This document shows positions 32,767-46,732 of a stretch of 64,000 nucleotides of DNA, in pieces; position 1 is the stretch's first letter, and the number at the start of each line of letters is the position of its first letter. Made by a program: the position numbers and the translations under genes. A model generated the notes under the pieces. It ran no database searches. It was not told the origin of the DNA and worked only from the letters and a program-made list of their open reading frames with translations. Source of the DNA: Basidiobolus meristosporus CBS 931.73 (taxonomy: Eukaryota; Fungi; Basidiobolomycota); NCBI GenBank assembly GCA_002104905.1, contig MCFE01000107.1, positions 105,372-169,371 of the forward strand, given 5' to 3'.

Positions 32767-35195
32767 TCATTGGGGGCTGATGCCAGTCACGGTCGGATTC
32801 TCCAGCATGTTCTGATCCATATAAGTGCTCCATTCCTCGACATCCATGGACATGGGGAAGCTATTGAGGAAGAGCGGGCTCTGGTTGATGTCTGTCGGCG
32901 GCATGCCCATAAAATGCTGCATGTTGTTGGGATACAGCGGGGTCTGATCGGCGGGCGCGTAGTTCAGATTGTTGATGTTGCTTGGCGGGATGGCATTGTA
33001 CATCGAGTCGGCTAGGTCGAAGTTTTGAAGACCCGTGGCGAAATCAAACCCATTCTCGGGGAAGCTAGGGAGTGTCGGCTGGGGTGTCCCTCCGCCTTGG
33101 CTAAAGACAATGGGTGTCCTACCTATACTGTCTGCCGAGCCCGGTGTGTGTGTGGAATGCTGGACCGTGTTCTCGGACAATAGCAGCATCACCTCGGAGT
33201 CGTTTCGCTCAGGAACAACGGCCCTGATCTTGGAGGGGTTCAGCTGCGGGATCTCATTCTCCAGGAGAACTGGCACCAGCGGTTCGTCACTAGTAAAGGC
33301 AATGTTTCGGTCGCTCAGCAGCTCCTTCATGAAGACGGAGCAAGCATTGGCAGTGAACGCAAACTTGGAGTACCTCTCCAAGATATTGATGCTGACAACC
33401 AGGTTGATACGTGCGGCTCGGGCTATGACAGGGAATGGGGAGAAGAGATTGATGAGATGGATGGTGTTCGTGCTCAACATCCCCACCATCTTTATGAGGA
33501 AACCTCCAGCATAATTCTCCTGTAGCGCCTTGTATTGTATATAGGTGATCATGTTTGCTGCTCGTGTGCAAATATTGAGGGCGGGATGATCCTCCAGGTT
33601 GGTGACCTGATCCATCTTAGGAAGGAAAGGGCGATTGAGCAGGATGAGGATTCCGTAGTAATACGTGTATAGCACATCCGCGAAAGGCGAGTTGGTTTTC
33701 TGCGGGTCGTAGTTGAACTCCGAAGGCAGTGCGGTTTTCCAAGCACACAAGGCCTTGTTGAGGTCGATCAGTACCGAGACAACCTTGGACGAGGATGAGG
33801 AGCGGACGGCGTACACGGTCTTCAACACCCGTCCGAAAATGGAGCTCAGCTTGGTGAGTTGTACGAAGTACCTCAAAGAGATATCCGAGTTGGCCGGCTG
33901 AGGAGAAGAGTGCTCCTGACTAGAGCTCGGCGACGAGGAGCTCTTGTAACTGATGGGCTCCTCCTCGCCGGTGTAGATGACCTTGGTGTCGAAGTCGTTC
34001 TCGTCGATGGAGATCGGTCGGCCGAGAATGGCGCTAATCCACCGATCCATTACGAAACATCCCCACCAAGCACGTTTTCTGTTCTCCATCTCGATGAAGC
34101 TCATGTTGCCACGAGTGGGCTTTTTCATGTGGCGATGCAGGCCGATGTCTTGGGCCATTCGGATGGCCATTCCTAAGAAGAGCCACCCGTCCCCGGCGAC
34201 CATGGACATGAGCACCAACGCTTGGACAGTGGTCACCTGCGAGACTCGATACTGCTTGTCCAGCAGGTTCTTGGCTCGATTGAAGAACACATCCCCTGGA
34301 GACCCTACTTTGGCCGGGTTGGCGTAGAGCTCGCTGTTTCCGGAGTGGACGCACGCCACGGCCAGCGCTGCGTTCAACAGGATGGCCAGTGGCTTTTCGT
34401 TGTTCCGCACGCGGTTCAGGAAGTCGCCCTTGTGGAAGATCGGAAGGTACGGATGAGCTTTGTCGAAGTAGATCTCGAGCAACTGATTAAGCATCTCAGG
34501 GGTGAGGAAATCGATGGACGGATCGCACATTAGCTCGAACTCGATATCGGGGTTGCTCGAGCCACCGGGCGCTCTCACATAAGTTTGCTCGAACAGAGTG
34601 CTGTCCTTGTAAAGTTTCCCCTGATTCAACAAATACAGCCCGGAGCTGGGGCCGAAGTATTTGCACCGGTTTCGGTCCTCCAGAGTTAAGGAATTCAGGT
34701 TCGAGTTGAGCTCGTCGTCGTCACTCCTGCCAGAAACCATGGTGAGTCAAAGTTAGGTGACCAAAAGGCTCGCGAAGGGACAACTTACTCTGACAGCGAG
34801 CTATCCACCGTTTCGTCGTTAGTGAGGATAGTGTCCTCTTCATGTACCTGTTTCTCCTCGGTGAATAAGTGGTGCTCCTCTTCGCCAAGGGGATCGTTCA
34901 AACCTTGCAACTGGGCAAGTAGGTGTTGAGCTATGGCCGGCTGGGTCTGCACCAGCTTACTCACGGTCGATTCAATCCTCTTCAACCGGGATTCCAGCAC
35001 CTCATTGAACTCCTTGTTTGGAGTTCGCCGAGCACGCGAATCGATGTAAGTGCAATCATAATCAAACAGGAAACATCCCCGACACTTCGGCTTGGCACCA
35101 TCACATTTCACCTTCCGCTGACGACACATGTCACACGCCCTTCCTATCCTGCGTCGCCTTTGTGGTGCCGGCGTGGTTTCATTTGTTGAGGCCAT
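32767..35195 (-). CDS. Zn(II)2Cys6 transcription factor with fungal TF middle-homology region (2 exons; intron 34788-34727)
   Basis: RACDMCRQRKVKCDGAKPKCRGC..DCTY cluster; exon 2 has YFDKAHPYLPIFH, LGMAIRMAQDIGLHR and ENRKRAWWGCFVMDR; splice phase checks out. Confidence 0.93.
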
Positions 35196-35524
35196 TGAAA
35201 TATGTAAGAGTATTAGGGTGGGAACTATTTAAACACCCATTTCCGCAGTGACCGACTTGGTTTTATTGCCTCAAGATTCTGGTAATTCAGCAATGGAATT
35301 TTTTGTTCTGAAGCTATCAGGAACGTGATCGTTGTTTGTCCGCCTCCGGCAAAAGTGATCTTCCCCATATGATTGGGCCCGAGATCCCGAGGTCACGTGG
35401 AGAGGGGGTAAACAAATTCATGGAAGTTATGCGTTTTTGTTTAATTGGATTAAGGCTACGAAGGCTACGAATTGTACATTCAGCGTCCAGGGAATGGAAT
35501 GGGGGAGGGCATGCATGGTGGGTT

Positions 35525-36822
35525 TCAGGCGACAGTTGGCTGTTGGAAGGCACTGTTGAATGGGGTTCTTCTACTTAGAAGCAGCCCCTTGATGCTCCGG
35601 ATGTCCGAGCGGATCTGGGCCGGCAGTCCAGAGCGATGCTCCGCCTGTAATTTGTAAACGGAGAAGTAGCCGGCGCTACCTAGGGATCTGGTCAAGTCGT
35701 AGAAGGAGTTCTTCACATCGTTCATGGAGCGTTCCTTGGATTTGCTGATCTCCTGGTACACCATCAACTGGGTCTCGAAGTTTCGCAAGGTCCGCCTCAA
35801 TGTTTGTGTGGATTTCTCTAGTGTCTTCAGTGGGCCGTCCTCACTGCTTTGCAGGGTCTGATGATACGACTTCAGCTCCTCATGGAATTGCTGGACGTTC
35901 TTCAATTGCTGATCATATCGCAGATGCTGCTCTTGAGTCAGGGAGTTGCGTATGGGCAACATGACCAATTTGAACAATCCCAGGAGACCCGCGGTGAGTC
36001 CGCTTGTAATCATCAACGCCACTATCGTCTTGCGAATCCGCTCGGTATTGGGATTTGGTGCGACCATGATGGAGATTGGCGCTGGTGCCGGTTGCGCGTA
36101 CGTGCGGGGTGGAACTGGGGGCACGGCGGCGGATGAGGTACTGGTCATGGGGGATTGTTAGGGAATTGAATCAATGATCGAATCTGCTGAATAGACTTAC
36201 GCTCTATGCATGCTGTTGGGCGTGGCAGGCTATTTTCCAGCGTGAGATCAATATTGTAACACGCACACAGTAGTAGACATGAAATGGATCCTACCTCCTG
36301 ACGGCTATCTTTGGCGGAGGACTTCTCAACGGCAGCATCGATCTCTGCTTGGGTAAGCCCTTTCTTTTGCAAGAAAGCGATTTTTTTGGACATGGGGGCG
36401 CTCTGAACGTTCGGTGAGTTCAGAAAGCTCAAGGCTTGGGCAATCATTTGTGGTCTTGGTGCTGGCTCGCTGGCTTCAGTCGTCTGACTACTTGAAGTTG
36501 AGGGAACAGAGGTAGGGGTGGACACAGGAGTGGAAGTGGCGCTCTCTTTGACCGGTTCTGGTGTCTCCACTGGAAGGGCTGGGTTTGCGGTGGTGGAAGT
36601 GGTTGGAGTGGATGGGGCTTGTCTTGCTTGTTGCTGGCGCTCAAGCAGCTCTTCTCGTCGCTTTTGTCTCTGTTCTGCCGCGCTAAGTGAGGTTTCTTCT
36701 GTACTGGTGGGTTTCTCCTCCGAAGAAGGTATTTCTCCTTCGCCCTTCTCGGCAAAGTTACTGGAATCATCCACCAAATCGGCCTCAAAAGGATTAGGAG
36801 AAGAGGGGCTGCTGTCAGACAT
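35525..36822 (-). CDS. PEX14: Peroxisomal docking peroxin Pex14 (multi-exon)
   Basis: PRPQMIAQALSFLNSPNVQSAPMSKKIAFLQKKGLTQAEIDAA (Pex14 N-terminal domain), then Pro-rich linker, hydrophobic segment, coiled coil and C-terminal IRSIKGLLLSRR. Confidence 0.92.
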
Positions 36823-37108
36823 GCTGGAATGGGGAAGAGATAAAAAGGAATAGAGACAGGTATTGCAAAAATGAGCCTAGCCTACAGAACTATAGGAACG
36901 GCCGTGTAGAAACCATGTGACTCCCCTCGTACTCACGCATCCATCTCAGAAATAAATTGATTATCATAAAATTGCTTACGAAAAAGTGGTTTCTTAGGCT
37001 CGATTCAGAATCTAGTATCACTCGCCAGTATCACTCGTCTGGGTTGATTTGTATCATAGTTTCCCATCATCCAGGGATCTGAGCTCAACTGCAGTGTCCG
37101 TGTTATCT

Positions 37109-38105
37109 ATGAACAAAACGACCATATACGTCTCTGAAGGCCACGGTTTTCTATGGGATGCTGCAGGTACTTGTCGCCTGTTTTTGCGAGTAACCGGATA
37201 CTCAACCATATTCTTTAGCTGCTTGCGCCTTAAGAAGCGAGCATCGGATCGTAGGCGTGCTAGTAGGGTCCTTACCACGATTGCCTCTGCAAAATAGCTT
37301 CTTTTCGCTACCCGTCTTACTAATGCCCGAGGAGGTGACGCTTCTTCTGGAGAAAGGCAAGCAAATGTAGCTCTGGTGTTGTTGATCATTTTCTCATGAG
37401 GCTACACCAAATAGAGCTCGCGGTCTTGGTGGACGATAGCGATAGTCATAGAGAGCCCACCGGTTCGGAGATAGAGGAATATCAAGCCACTCTTGCAAGA
37501 GAGGAGACTCTTCGCCGACAAGCATATGAGGAGAACAAACGAGAGCGAGCAAAAGCCCGGGAGAATAATACAGTGGCCCACGCACAAGAACGGAAAGAAG
37601 AAAATCCCCCGGCCATACCCACGCAAGAGCTGCGAAAAACTCGCAAAACTGTCCAAGTCCCGACGTCTTCTGCACAGTATGCTTGGCACGAACCGAAAAA
37701 AATGTACAGCACGTTAGAACAAGCCAAAGCTGGGGGCCTATGGAGCTTTCCAAGCACTGCGGAAGAGCGCCTCCGGTATAGAATCTACGTGGACCTCTGG
37801 GACAAAGGCTATTACATCACCCCAGGCTCGAAATTCGGCGGGGACTTTCTGCTTTATCCAGGTACGCAGAAATTATTCGCTGAAGCTGCAAAATCTGACC
37901 ACTTCTGCTATGTTTAGGAGATCCACTCCGCTACCATTCACACTTCGTTGCATCCATTGTTCCGTTCACCAAGGAACTGAGTCCTGTTAACCTGGTGGGC
38001 TATGGCCGATTAGGCGCAGCGGTCAAAAAGGCCTATCTCTTGTGTAGTCACAACGTGTCTTCACAAGAATTCAAGTATTTTTGTGTTGAGTGGACTGGCA
38101 TGTAA
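37109..38105 (+). CDS. SEN34: tRNA-splicing endonuclease catalytic subunit Sen34 (4 exons)
   Basis: Spliced text [93 protein letters not shown]. Introns 37167-37218, 37357-37414 (GC-AG) and ~37862-37917. Confidence 0.92.
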
Positions 38106-39068
38106 CCCACCCATATGGTCCGGCAGCTAGGTGTATATAGAGCTTGTGTACAGCTGAGAAAAGAAGGTACATACACTCCTTGCATACAATTTCAATACAA
38201 GCCAAGCGTCTGGTGGACTCTATAGTTCTGCTTGTTGAGATTTTATATTTCAGCATCTGGATCATTGACATAACATAAACTTCTTACTTGCTAGGCTATG
38301 AATTGCTGACTAGAGATTACATACAAACCCCTTGGTTGTCCAAAATGGTCCAAATCATTCAAGGAGGCTGCAAATAAAGTCTTGGGTATTCTGACCAAAC
38401 TTTGCTTGTCACTATGGAGTGATACCAATGTCAAGTAATGATGAAATGTCTATTCAGCTTATTTTCAATATTTACTTGGATTGATATGAAAGAATTTACC
38501 TAACTTTTGAATTGGTGAATTGATGATGGTAAAACGCTTTTCACTTGCCTAAGCAACCCTTGATCTTAATAACTATCTTCCTAAGGCTTTTCTTATGCAT
38601 CCTGGTCTCTAGCCTTACTCAGCTCTACAAGATTTTAAGCACTGTACTTACACTTAGATCATTCCAAGATATGTATGTGATACTGTTACTTTTTTAGCTG
38701 AGTGCAACAGTGTTTGTAGCTTCACCCTTTCTTAAGGTAAAAATAGGTCCAAAGATGCATTCAGTACTTTTAGTTGTGGTCTTTGATGTGGAGAAGCTTT
38801 CTTAGTACCTGACCACTCCAATATCTTTAGCACAAAACTATCCTAACTATTGTAAATATTTAGTTTACACTTGAACCACTTGTATGAACCAATGATTCTA
38901 CTTAGCATATTGCTAAGCTGTGAGTTGTTTTCCTGAGACTTGGTTTGTCAGATATTACTGAACCCTTGAAACATTTGAAGATTTGGAAGTTATCCATAAA
39001 TTCAAATTCATCCAAGAGCAATTAAACTTTGGACATTACTATCTAAGCCCTTCATAACTCCTACAACA

Positions 39069-40611
39069 GGATTTTGGTGAAAATACTCTGAGTAAATCTC
39101 TATTAGGAGTTGGGTCAGTATTCTCTAAGGTATGTAGGTAATAATTTAAGTGACCAAGTTGAGTGAATATTAAGGTGGAATTACTAGTTTTTACAACACT
39201 CCCACTCAGCTAAATGCTCATACTGGCTAGTCCTAATTTTGACCTAATATATTTGAACTTGTCTCTAGATAGTGGCTTAGTAAATACATCTGCATTCATT
39301 TCATCTATAGGGTAGTAAGCTAACTTAGTTAAGTTATTTTCTATGGTTTCATATATGAAACAATGCGTAATAGCTATGTGCTTGGCTCAAGTATGATAAG
39401 TTGGATTTCTACCTAATTGTATACATCTTTGATTATCTTGAAATAAAGTAGTAGGCATTTTTTGACATAAGCCTAAGTCTTCAAAAGGCTTTCTTAACCA
39501 CATTGCCTCTTTTGTAGCTTTACAGGCTGCCATATACCCTACCTCTGTGGTGGAAAGTTCTACAGTTGATTGCTTTCTTAAATTCCAGGGGGTTGCTCCT
39601 TACTGTAAAGAAAGGTGTGTACTGTGGTGGATTTTCTGTTTTCAAGATTTTGTCCCCAATCAGCATCAGAGTATCCCACAAGATCCCATTCTGAGACCTT
39701 ATAGGAGTATCTTGAGCAGATATCAGCAGTTCCTTTAAGATATGTAAATGTCAACTTATCTGCTACAATATAATCAGATCTATAGTTCTGATTGTGCTAC
39801 CTGACAACTCACACTGAATAGAAGATATCTCCATGTGTTCCAAGCATGATATACATCAGACTACCTACCATAGATTGGTAATAGAATTTGAGCTTTCAGA
39901 TGACACCAAGCTCTCTTGATTTGGCTAAGTCTTGACCAAGTTAAGCTTTGTCACCATTGGGGTAGTATCCTGTTTACAGTCTTCCCTTTGGTACTTCTTA
40001 GGTATATTGGAAATATACTTGGATTGGCTGAGGGTCATAGTCTGGGTACTTCTGCTTATGGAGAACTTTATCCCCAAGTAGTAACCAAGTTCTCCCAGAT
40101 TGAACATGCTGAACTCCTTATATAGGCTGGATTTAGTCTCTTCCAGGGTATCTTGGTTATTGGTGGCTATAATAAGATCATCCACATATAGAGCTAGTAG
40201 AACTGGATTTGCTCTATTAGGCTTATAGAGGATACTATAGTCAGCAATGCTTCTTTGGAAACTCAAAGATTCAAAATAAGAATCTATCTTCCTATTCCAG
40301 GCTCTTCATGATTGTTTGAGACCATTAACAGATTATTTGAGCTTGTAGACCAAATGGGGGTTATCTAGGTCAACAGGCCCATCCAACTGGTCTTATATAC
40401 ATGTCTTCATCAATTTCTCCATTCAGAAATGGACTTTCTACATCCATCTAATGAATGAGAAGGTAATATTTGTCTCTAATAGTCAGTATTAATCTGATGG
40501 AATTAAACTTGACTGCAGGTGAAAAGTCTTAGAATAGTCAGGTCCTTTTGTTTGCAAAAATTCTTTGGCCACAAGTCTTGCTTTGTTTCTTTCAATTGTA
40601 CAATCAGCCTT
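39069..40611 (-). mobile_element. Degenerate copia 3' half (RT/RH, PPT, partial 3' LTR 39069-39198)
   Basis: KADCTIERNKARLVAK at the 40611 end; ORF 39925-40266 (LALYVDDL); CTCCCACTC PPT beside the LTR end at 39198. Confidence 0.85.
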
Positions 40612-43600
40612 GCTGAAGATAGACTATTCATATCTGCACTAAATATGACCACAAACAAGGATTCTCAGATGTGGTACATTGACTCTGGAGCATCTCAACA
40701 CTTTTCACACCAAAAATAACTTTTTACCCAATATCAAGAAATTCCAATTAAGAAGGTTTTCATGGGTGACAATAGAACACTTGATGCAGTGGGAGAAGGA
40801 ACTATCCAAGTAAACCTTAGAAGCAGTGAAGGAAGCCATACACTGACCTTTAAAGAAGTACCCTATGTACCAGAAATAGCCAAGAACCTACTCTCTGTAA
40901 GCAAGGCCACAGCAGAAGGACTTAGTTTCAGTTTTGACAATTCTGGATGCATGATCACTGATCAAAATGGTGCCCATATTGCTTTGGGCATTAGAGATCA
41001 AAATCTATACAAGTTGACTTATATTCCATCATATTTGGAAGCCAATATAAGTAACTTAAATGAAGAAATACCAAAGCTTTGGTACAGGAGATTTGGACAC
41101 ATCAATTTTGATTATTTGCGTAAAATGATCAAAGATCAGCTAATTTCTGGAGTGAAAATTGATCCCCCAGCTAATTTGGAGCACTGTGAAGCCTGTATAT
41201 ATGGGAAACAAGCCAGACAACTGTTCAAGAGCTCTGGGTTAATCAAAACTAAGAAAAAATTAGATCTAATTCACTCAGATCTGTGTGGACCTATGCAAAG
41301 TTTATCCTTAGGCGGGATGAAGTATTTAATCACTTTTATTGATGATTATACAAGATACACATGGGTCTACTTCATGGAGAGAAAGGAAGAAGCTCTGTCT
41401 AAGTTCAGGGAGTTTAAAGCCATGGTGGAGAGAGAAACTGGTGAAAAAATCAAGAAAATACACTCTGACAATGGTGGAGAATATACCTCAAAACTCTTCA
41501 TCCACTTCTGCAAAACTCATGGGATAAAGCAAGAGACTACTGTACCATACTCCCCACAGCAAAATGGAGTAGCAGAACAAGCTAACAGATCAGTAATTGA
41601 TATGGCAAGATCTATGATCCATGATCAAAAATTATCCTATGATTTTTGGGTGGAATCAGTTGCCACTGCTGTATACCTTAAAAATAGGAGTTATAACAGA
41701 ACACTTTGTGATTCTACTTCATTTGAAGCATGGCACAGATACAGACCAAGTGCAGAATATCTAAGAATATTTGTGTGTACAGCATATGCCAAAAAACTGG
41801 CTGGAAATCAGTCAAAATTTGAGCCAAAAAGTGTAAAATGCATATTTTTAGGCTACTGCAATGAGAGTAAGGCATACAGACTCTACAATACCAAAGCAAA
41901 GAAGCTGATCAAGTTCAGAGATGTGTTGTTTGATGAAAATTCAAAATGTTCACAAAAAATGACATCAGATGATGACAAAAACTTGATCTCAGGTCCACCA
42001 ATTGTCAGGATTGAATCAGAGCAAAACAATGAGAATTTTTTCACTCCAGAGGACTCTACAACCATAGTTCAGCCAGAATCAGTGCCTAGGAATATCCCAG
42101 AAGTGATCATTCCAATATCAAATGCCCAGAGATCCAATTGGACAAGAAATAGCCCAAATTACTATATCAATGAGGGTACAAACTTAGCCTACGCCTATTC
42201 AGTACATATTGATGAGCCCCAGACTGTCAAAGAGGCCCTAAATAGCCCTCAGACAAAGTTTTGGAGATCTGCAATGACTGAGGAATATCAGGCCCTAATG
42301 GAAAATCAAACTTGGGACTTAGTCAAATTACCAATCAGCCAAAAATCAATTGGATGCAGATTGGTCTTCAAGATAAAATATAAGGCTGATGGTACAGTTG
42401 AAAGATACAAAGCAAGACTTGTGGCCAAAGGATACTCTCAAACATAAGCCAATAACCTAGAAACATTGGAAGAGACTAAATCCAGCCTATCTAAGGAATT
42501 CAAGATGTCCAATCTAGGAGAACTCAGTTACTACTTAGGGAGTAAGTCTCCATAGACAGAAGTACCCAGACTATCACCCTAAGCCAATCCAAGTATATTC
42601 AAGATTTACTAAAGAAGTACAAAATGGAAGACTGTAAACCAGCAGCTACCCCAATGGAGACAAACCTTAACTTGGTCAAAACTCAACTAAATCAAGAGTG
42701 CTTGGTGCCATCTGAAAGCCCTGACTTTCCTTATCAATCTATGATCAGCAGTCTGATGTATATCATGCTTGGATCATGTCCAGATATCTCATATTCAGTG
42801 GGAATTGTCAGCCAACATAATCAGAACTATGGATCTGATCATATTGCAGCAGTTAAGCGGATTTTTAGATACCTAAAAGGAACTGCTGATATCTGCTTAA
42901 GATACACTTGTAAGGATTCAGAACAGGATCTTGTGGGATACTCTGATGCTGATTGGGGACAAAATTTGGAAGACAGAAGATCCACCACAGGATACACCTT
43001 TCTTTACTGTAAAGGAGCAATTTCATGGAATTCAAGAAAGCAACCAACCGTAGCACTTTCCACCACAGAGGCAGAGTATATGGCAGCCTGTGAAGCTACA
43101 AAAGAAGCAATGTGGTTAAGAAAGCTCTTTACAGATTTAGGCCTATGTCAAAAAACGCCTATTACTTTATTCCAAGATATTCAAGGATGTATACAATTAG
43201 GTAGAAATCCAACTTTTCATGCTGGAACCAAGCCTATAGATATTAGACATCATTTCATACAAGAAGCTATAGAGAATAACTTAGTTAGCTTAGTTTACTG
43301 TCCTACAGATGAAATGATTGCAGACATATTTACCAAACCATTAGCTAGAGACAAGTTTGAATATCTTAGGTCAAAATTAGGACTAGTCAGTATGAACATT
43401 TAGCTGAGTGGGAGTGTTGTAGAAATTTGTATTTCCACCTAAATATTCACCTAACTTAGTCACTTAGATCATTACCCTCAAATCCTAGAGAATACTGACC
43501 AAATTCCTTGTTGGGATTTACTTAGAATATTCTCACCAAAATACCAGGTACCCAGAACATGGAAATTTGATAAGTTGTCCAAACAGCCCCAAACTTTGCA

Positions 43601-43763
43601 CACATGCTCTTGGGACCTTCCTTAGCCTATTCTATGTGTTTGTAATGCCAAGACCAGGTAAAAGTATAAATACTACTTTTACATTCAATAAATCAATAAG
43701 TGAAAACCACATAATCTACTTGTTCTCCAAGTCACTTCCAATATCTCCAAGACTCTTACAACA
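40612..43763 (+). mobile_element. 5'-truncated copia element (element 4): intact PR-IN and RH, RT core deleted, 3' LTR 43415-43763
   Basis: ORF 40762-42447 (561 aa, IN to KARLVAKGYSQT*); a jump at 42447/8 skips ~375 nt including FLNG..YVDD; ORF 42624-43403 is RH; PPT GAGTGGGAG; 349-bp LTR. Confidence 0.92.
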
Positions 43764-44364
43764 AGAAGAATAAGGGTGCCAGAGCTAAAAGCTAGTGGCT
43801 TCCTTATGAGCTTGTCACAAGCAGGGCTGAAAGCTCCAAACAAGAAGTAAAGAAATGCAAGGGAATAAACAATGGCACAAAGTTGTAGGGTTACTGCCAA
43901 GCTCACCAAAAAAGAGTGCTTCAGTGGAAATATTTATTAAATGATGTATTTTATGGAGTTACTTGCTCAGTGTGGGGTTAGGCTTAATGTCAGTGTTGGG
44001 TATCAGGACTTGTATAGGTCAGCACATTTAGCAATTAAGTTACAACTGAGGTTTCAAAGGAAATAAACCAATTTGTATGCATGAAAAGTAAAAGCATTGG
44101 TTGGGTCTAAAAAAAGGAGTGTGAAAAAGAGGCAATAGCCAGTAAATGTACACAATTGTAGGAGGTAGTTCAGTGTTTAGGATCAGAAAGTGAAAGAATT
44201 GGCAGAGAACCACTTAAACCTACTTGTGTATTGCTGCAATGAAAATTATCACAAAGTATTTTGTGGAATCTGGGGAGCAATTTTTTAATAGTCTTTACAT
44301 GGTGCCCTGACCAAATCAGTACCTCTTGGTAATGGGATTTAAATTTTGTGGTGATCTTTTAACA
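43764..44364 (+). mobile_element. Repeat family B, internally deleted third copy
   Basis: GAAGAATAAGGGTGCC..CTTGTCACAAG..GAAAGCTCC matches 9505-9580; MELLAQCGVRLNVSVGYQDLY matches MELLVKHGVELNVSVGYRDFY at 15427. Confidence 0.7.
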
Positions 44365-44574
44365 GGATCATTGTAATTGTTTTTTGAAGGGTGTATACAT
44401 CCCTGATTATCTTCAGATGGCAACCATACACTGATAAGAGAAGTCTGGGCTATCAGACAGTACCAAGCTCTCTTGATTTGGTTGAGTTTTGACCAAGTCA
44501 AGGTTTGTCTCCATCATTGTAGTTACAGCTCTGCAGTCTCCATTGGGTACTTCTCAAGTATATCTTGAGTATTT

Positions 44575-45270
44575 TGTAGGATTTTTGCATGTATTGAAAG
44601 TGACTGGGAGAACAAGTTTATTTTGTGATTTGCACCTGATGATTTATTAGGTGTAAAGGTAGCATTTATACTTCAAAATGGTCTTAGGAAAGCAAACATG
44701 TAGAGTATACTCACAAAGGTCCCAAGTGTTGTAATATTCTGGGGAAAATTGGCAGTAATGTGGAGAACTAGGGGAATTACATATTATTTGCTTGTAGATT
44801 CATTGATCTCATGTATAATATTTATACTTTGATTAATTAAGGCAAGCAAACATGTAGAGTTTGTTAAGAAAGGTTCCAAGAATGTGTTTGCAAGGTTAGG
44901 GGTCATTTGGACAACTTTGAGAAAGATCAGAATCTGTGCACCGGATATTTTGGGGAGAATATTTCAAGTCCCAACATGAAATTTAATTAGGACAGAATAC
45001 TAATCACAAAATAAGATCAATGTGACTCAGTTGGCATGAATATTTAGGTGACAACTTAATCAGTGCAACACCAAGAACATGTGTGCTAAGTTTGAGGCTG
45101 TCTGGACCACTTATCAAAAACTCATGTTCTGTGTACCTGATGGATTGATGAAAATATTCAAAGTGAATCCCAGCAAGGAATTTGGCCAGAACTCTTTAAA
45201 ATTGGTAGGTAATGATCTAAGTCACCAAGTTAGATGAATATTTGGGTGCAATCATGAATTCTCATAAGAT
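44575..45270 (-). repeat. Old copia LTR containing a nested, diverged solo LTR (44727-45070)
   Basis: Inner TGTTGTAAT..GTGCAACA flanked by TSD CCAAG (44722-44726 and 45071-45075); removing it restores GGTCCCAAGAACATGTG of the outer LTR. Confidence 0.8.
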
Positions 45271-46707
45271 ATTCATGAATCTTGTAATGGCAGGCTTCTT
45301 CTTTCAAGATTAATACTTATTCATTTGGATTGATCTAACTCAATACTAGAATATGAAGGTAGTCAGATCACAATAGGTTCCTAAGCTGTCTGGCATATTA
45401 ATGAGCCATGAGTCTTGTACTTAAGCTCCAGAGATCTCCTCCAGAGCATTCATATGGTGATACTGACAAAGCTGATCTCAAAGCATAGGTATTGAATCTG
45501 AATTTATACAATTAGTAACTGCTGAACTGCAAAATTATGAGCGGTTGGCTTTAGATAGAATATATGAGATATTAACCATAAAGTAGTTGCATTTTGAAAC
45601 TTGCCTAAACGACACCACGTTGAGTACACCACTTTCTGAGTATAATTCGTGGCGAATTGATAAGTTTGGCTCCTATATTTCTAACAAGGCAGCTTGCAAC
45701 CTGGAAGACTAACTAAGTTCTTGGGAATCATTTTAGGATTAACCTTCTGAAACTTTGACTTGTACCGGGAAATATGGAAGCTCCAAAAAGCTGGCAAATG
45801 TGCCAAGCTGGACTAGAAAACCTTGAACTTTACGCTCATCTTCCCGGGACCTTTCTCAAGCCGCTCATATCTTTACACTCACCAAGTAGTTCCAAGAGGA
45901 TAGATACTAGTGATCGACTCAATAAAATAACAACCGACACCTCACTCAACATTATTCAATATTGTAAAGACCACCTAACCAGAAGCCTATGAGATGTGAG
46001 TTGAGTATCTCAGGAACGGTACTGAATCATTGAATTACCCATGAAATCAAAACTTCCACTAGGAAATGCAGAAGTTGGGAGAGTACGATACTGTAATAAT
46101 AAAAGGATACCATACGTTTTTCAAGGTCTGCAAATATTACTCATCCATTGTCAGCAGAGAAAGATATCGAAGAGATTTATGAGAATTACCGAAACCATAG
46201 TAAAGGCCGCGCCCTTGGAAACCTTTTTGGAAGTAACCTACTCGATGATCAGCTGTACTATCGAGCTCGGATTAGACCGTTTTTTACTTTCAGTTGCTCA
46301 TACCAGAGTACAAAGCATGAAGTTCCCTCGGGGTTGTGGGAAAATCCCACCCACCCAACAGAGTTTTGTTCGCAATATGCATATACCCTTAATCTGCCCA
46401 ATATTTACCTAGTTACAGCGCTTGAATAATCATCAAGTCACCTCCGAGTCGACAAACAGTACTCACGTATCTTACCTAAACACCCCACACGCACGCATAA
46501 TCAACAAAAGCTTGGAAGACCATTATGCTATCCCGTTTATCAACAAGTGATGTTATCTCTGGTGTGAAAGCCATAGAGCTCACCAAGATGTCCAAAATTA
46601 GGAATGTGTACTTCAATAGTTGTGTGGGCCATCATAGGCAGCTACGATAACACTCTGACTTCCGTAACCTTGACCAACTCCAAGAATTATGCTGCAACCT
46701 TAAAGTG

Positions 46708-46732
46708 TATATATATATATATATATATATAT
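46708..46732. repeat. (TA)12 microsatellite
   Basis: Directly visible perfect TA run. Confidence 0.95.

Noticed and set aside
29164-35189. Numerous antisense and alternate-frame ORFs over the GC-rich genes (e.g. 31732-32520, 29252-29752, 34222-34533)
   Set aside because: Shadow ORFs caused by high GC3 codon bias of the real genes; no independent motifs.
38260-39060. CpG-poor stretch with TLRKGEAT on the minus strand, like a tyrosine-recombinase H-x-x-R box (DIRS/Crypton)
   Set aside because: A single degenerate motif amid stops with no termini found; probably an old repeat, but the class cannot be assigned.
45774-46430. Possible spliced hypothetical gene from ORFs 45774, 46041 and 46148
   Set aside because: Could not build a phase-consistent model or recognise a domain.
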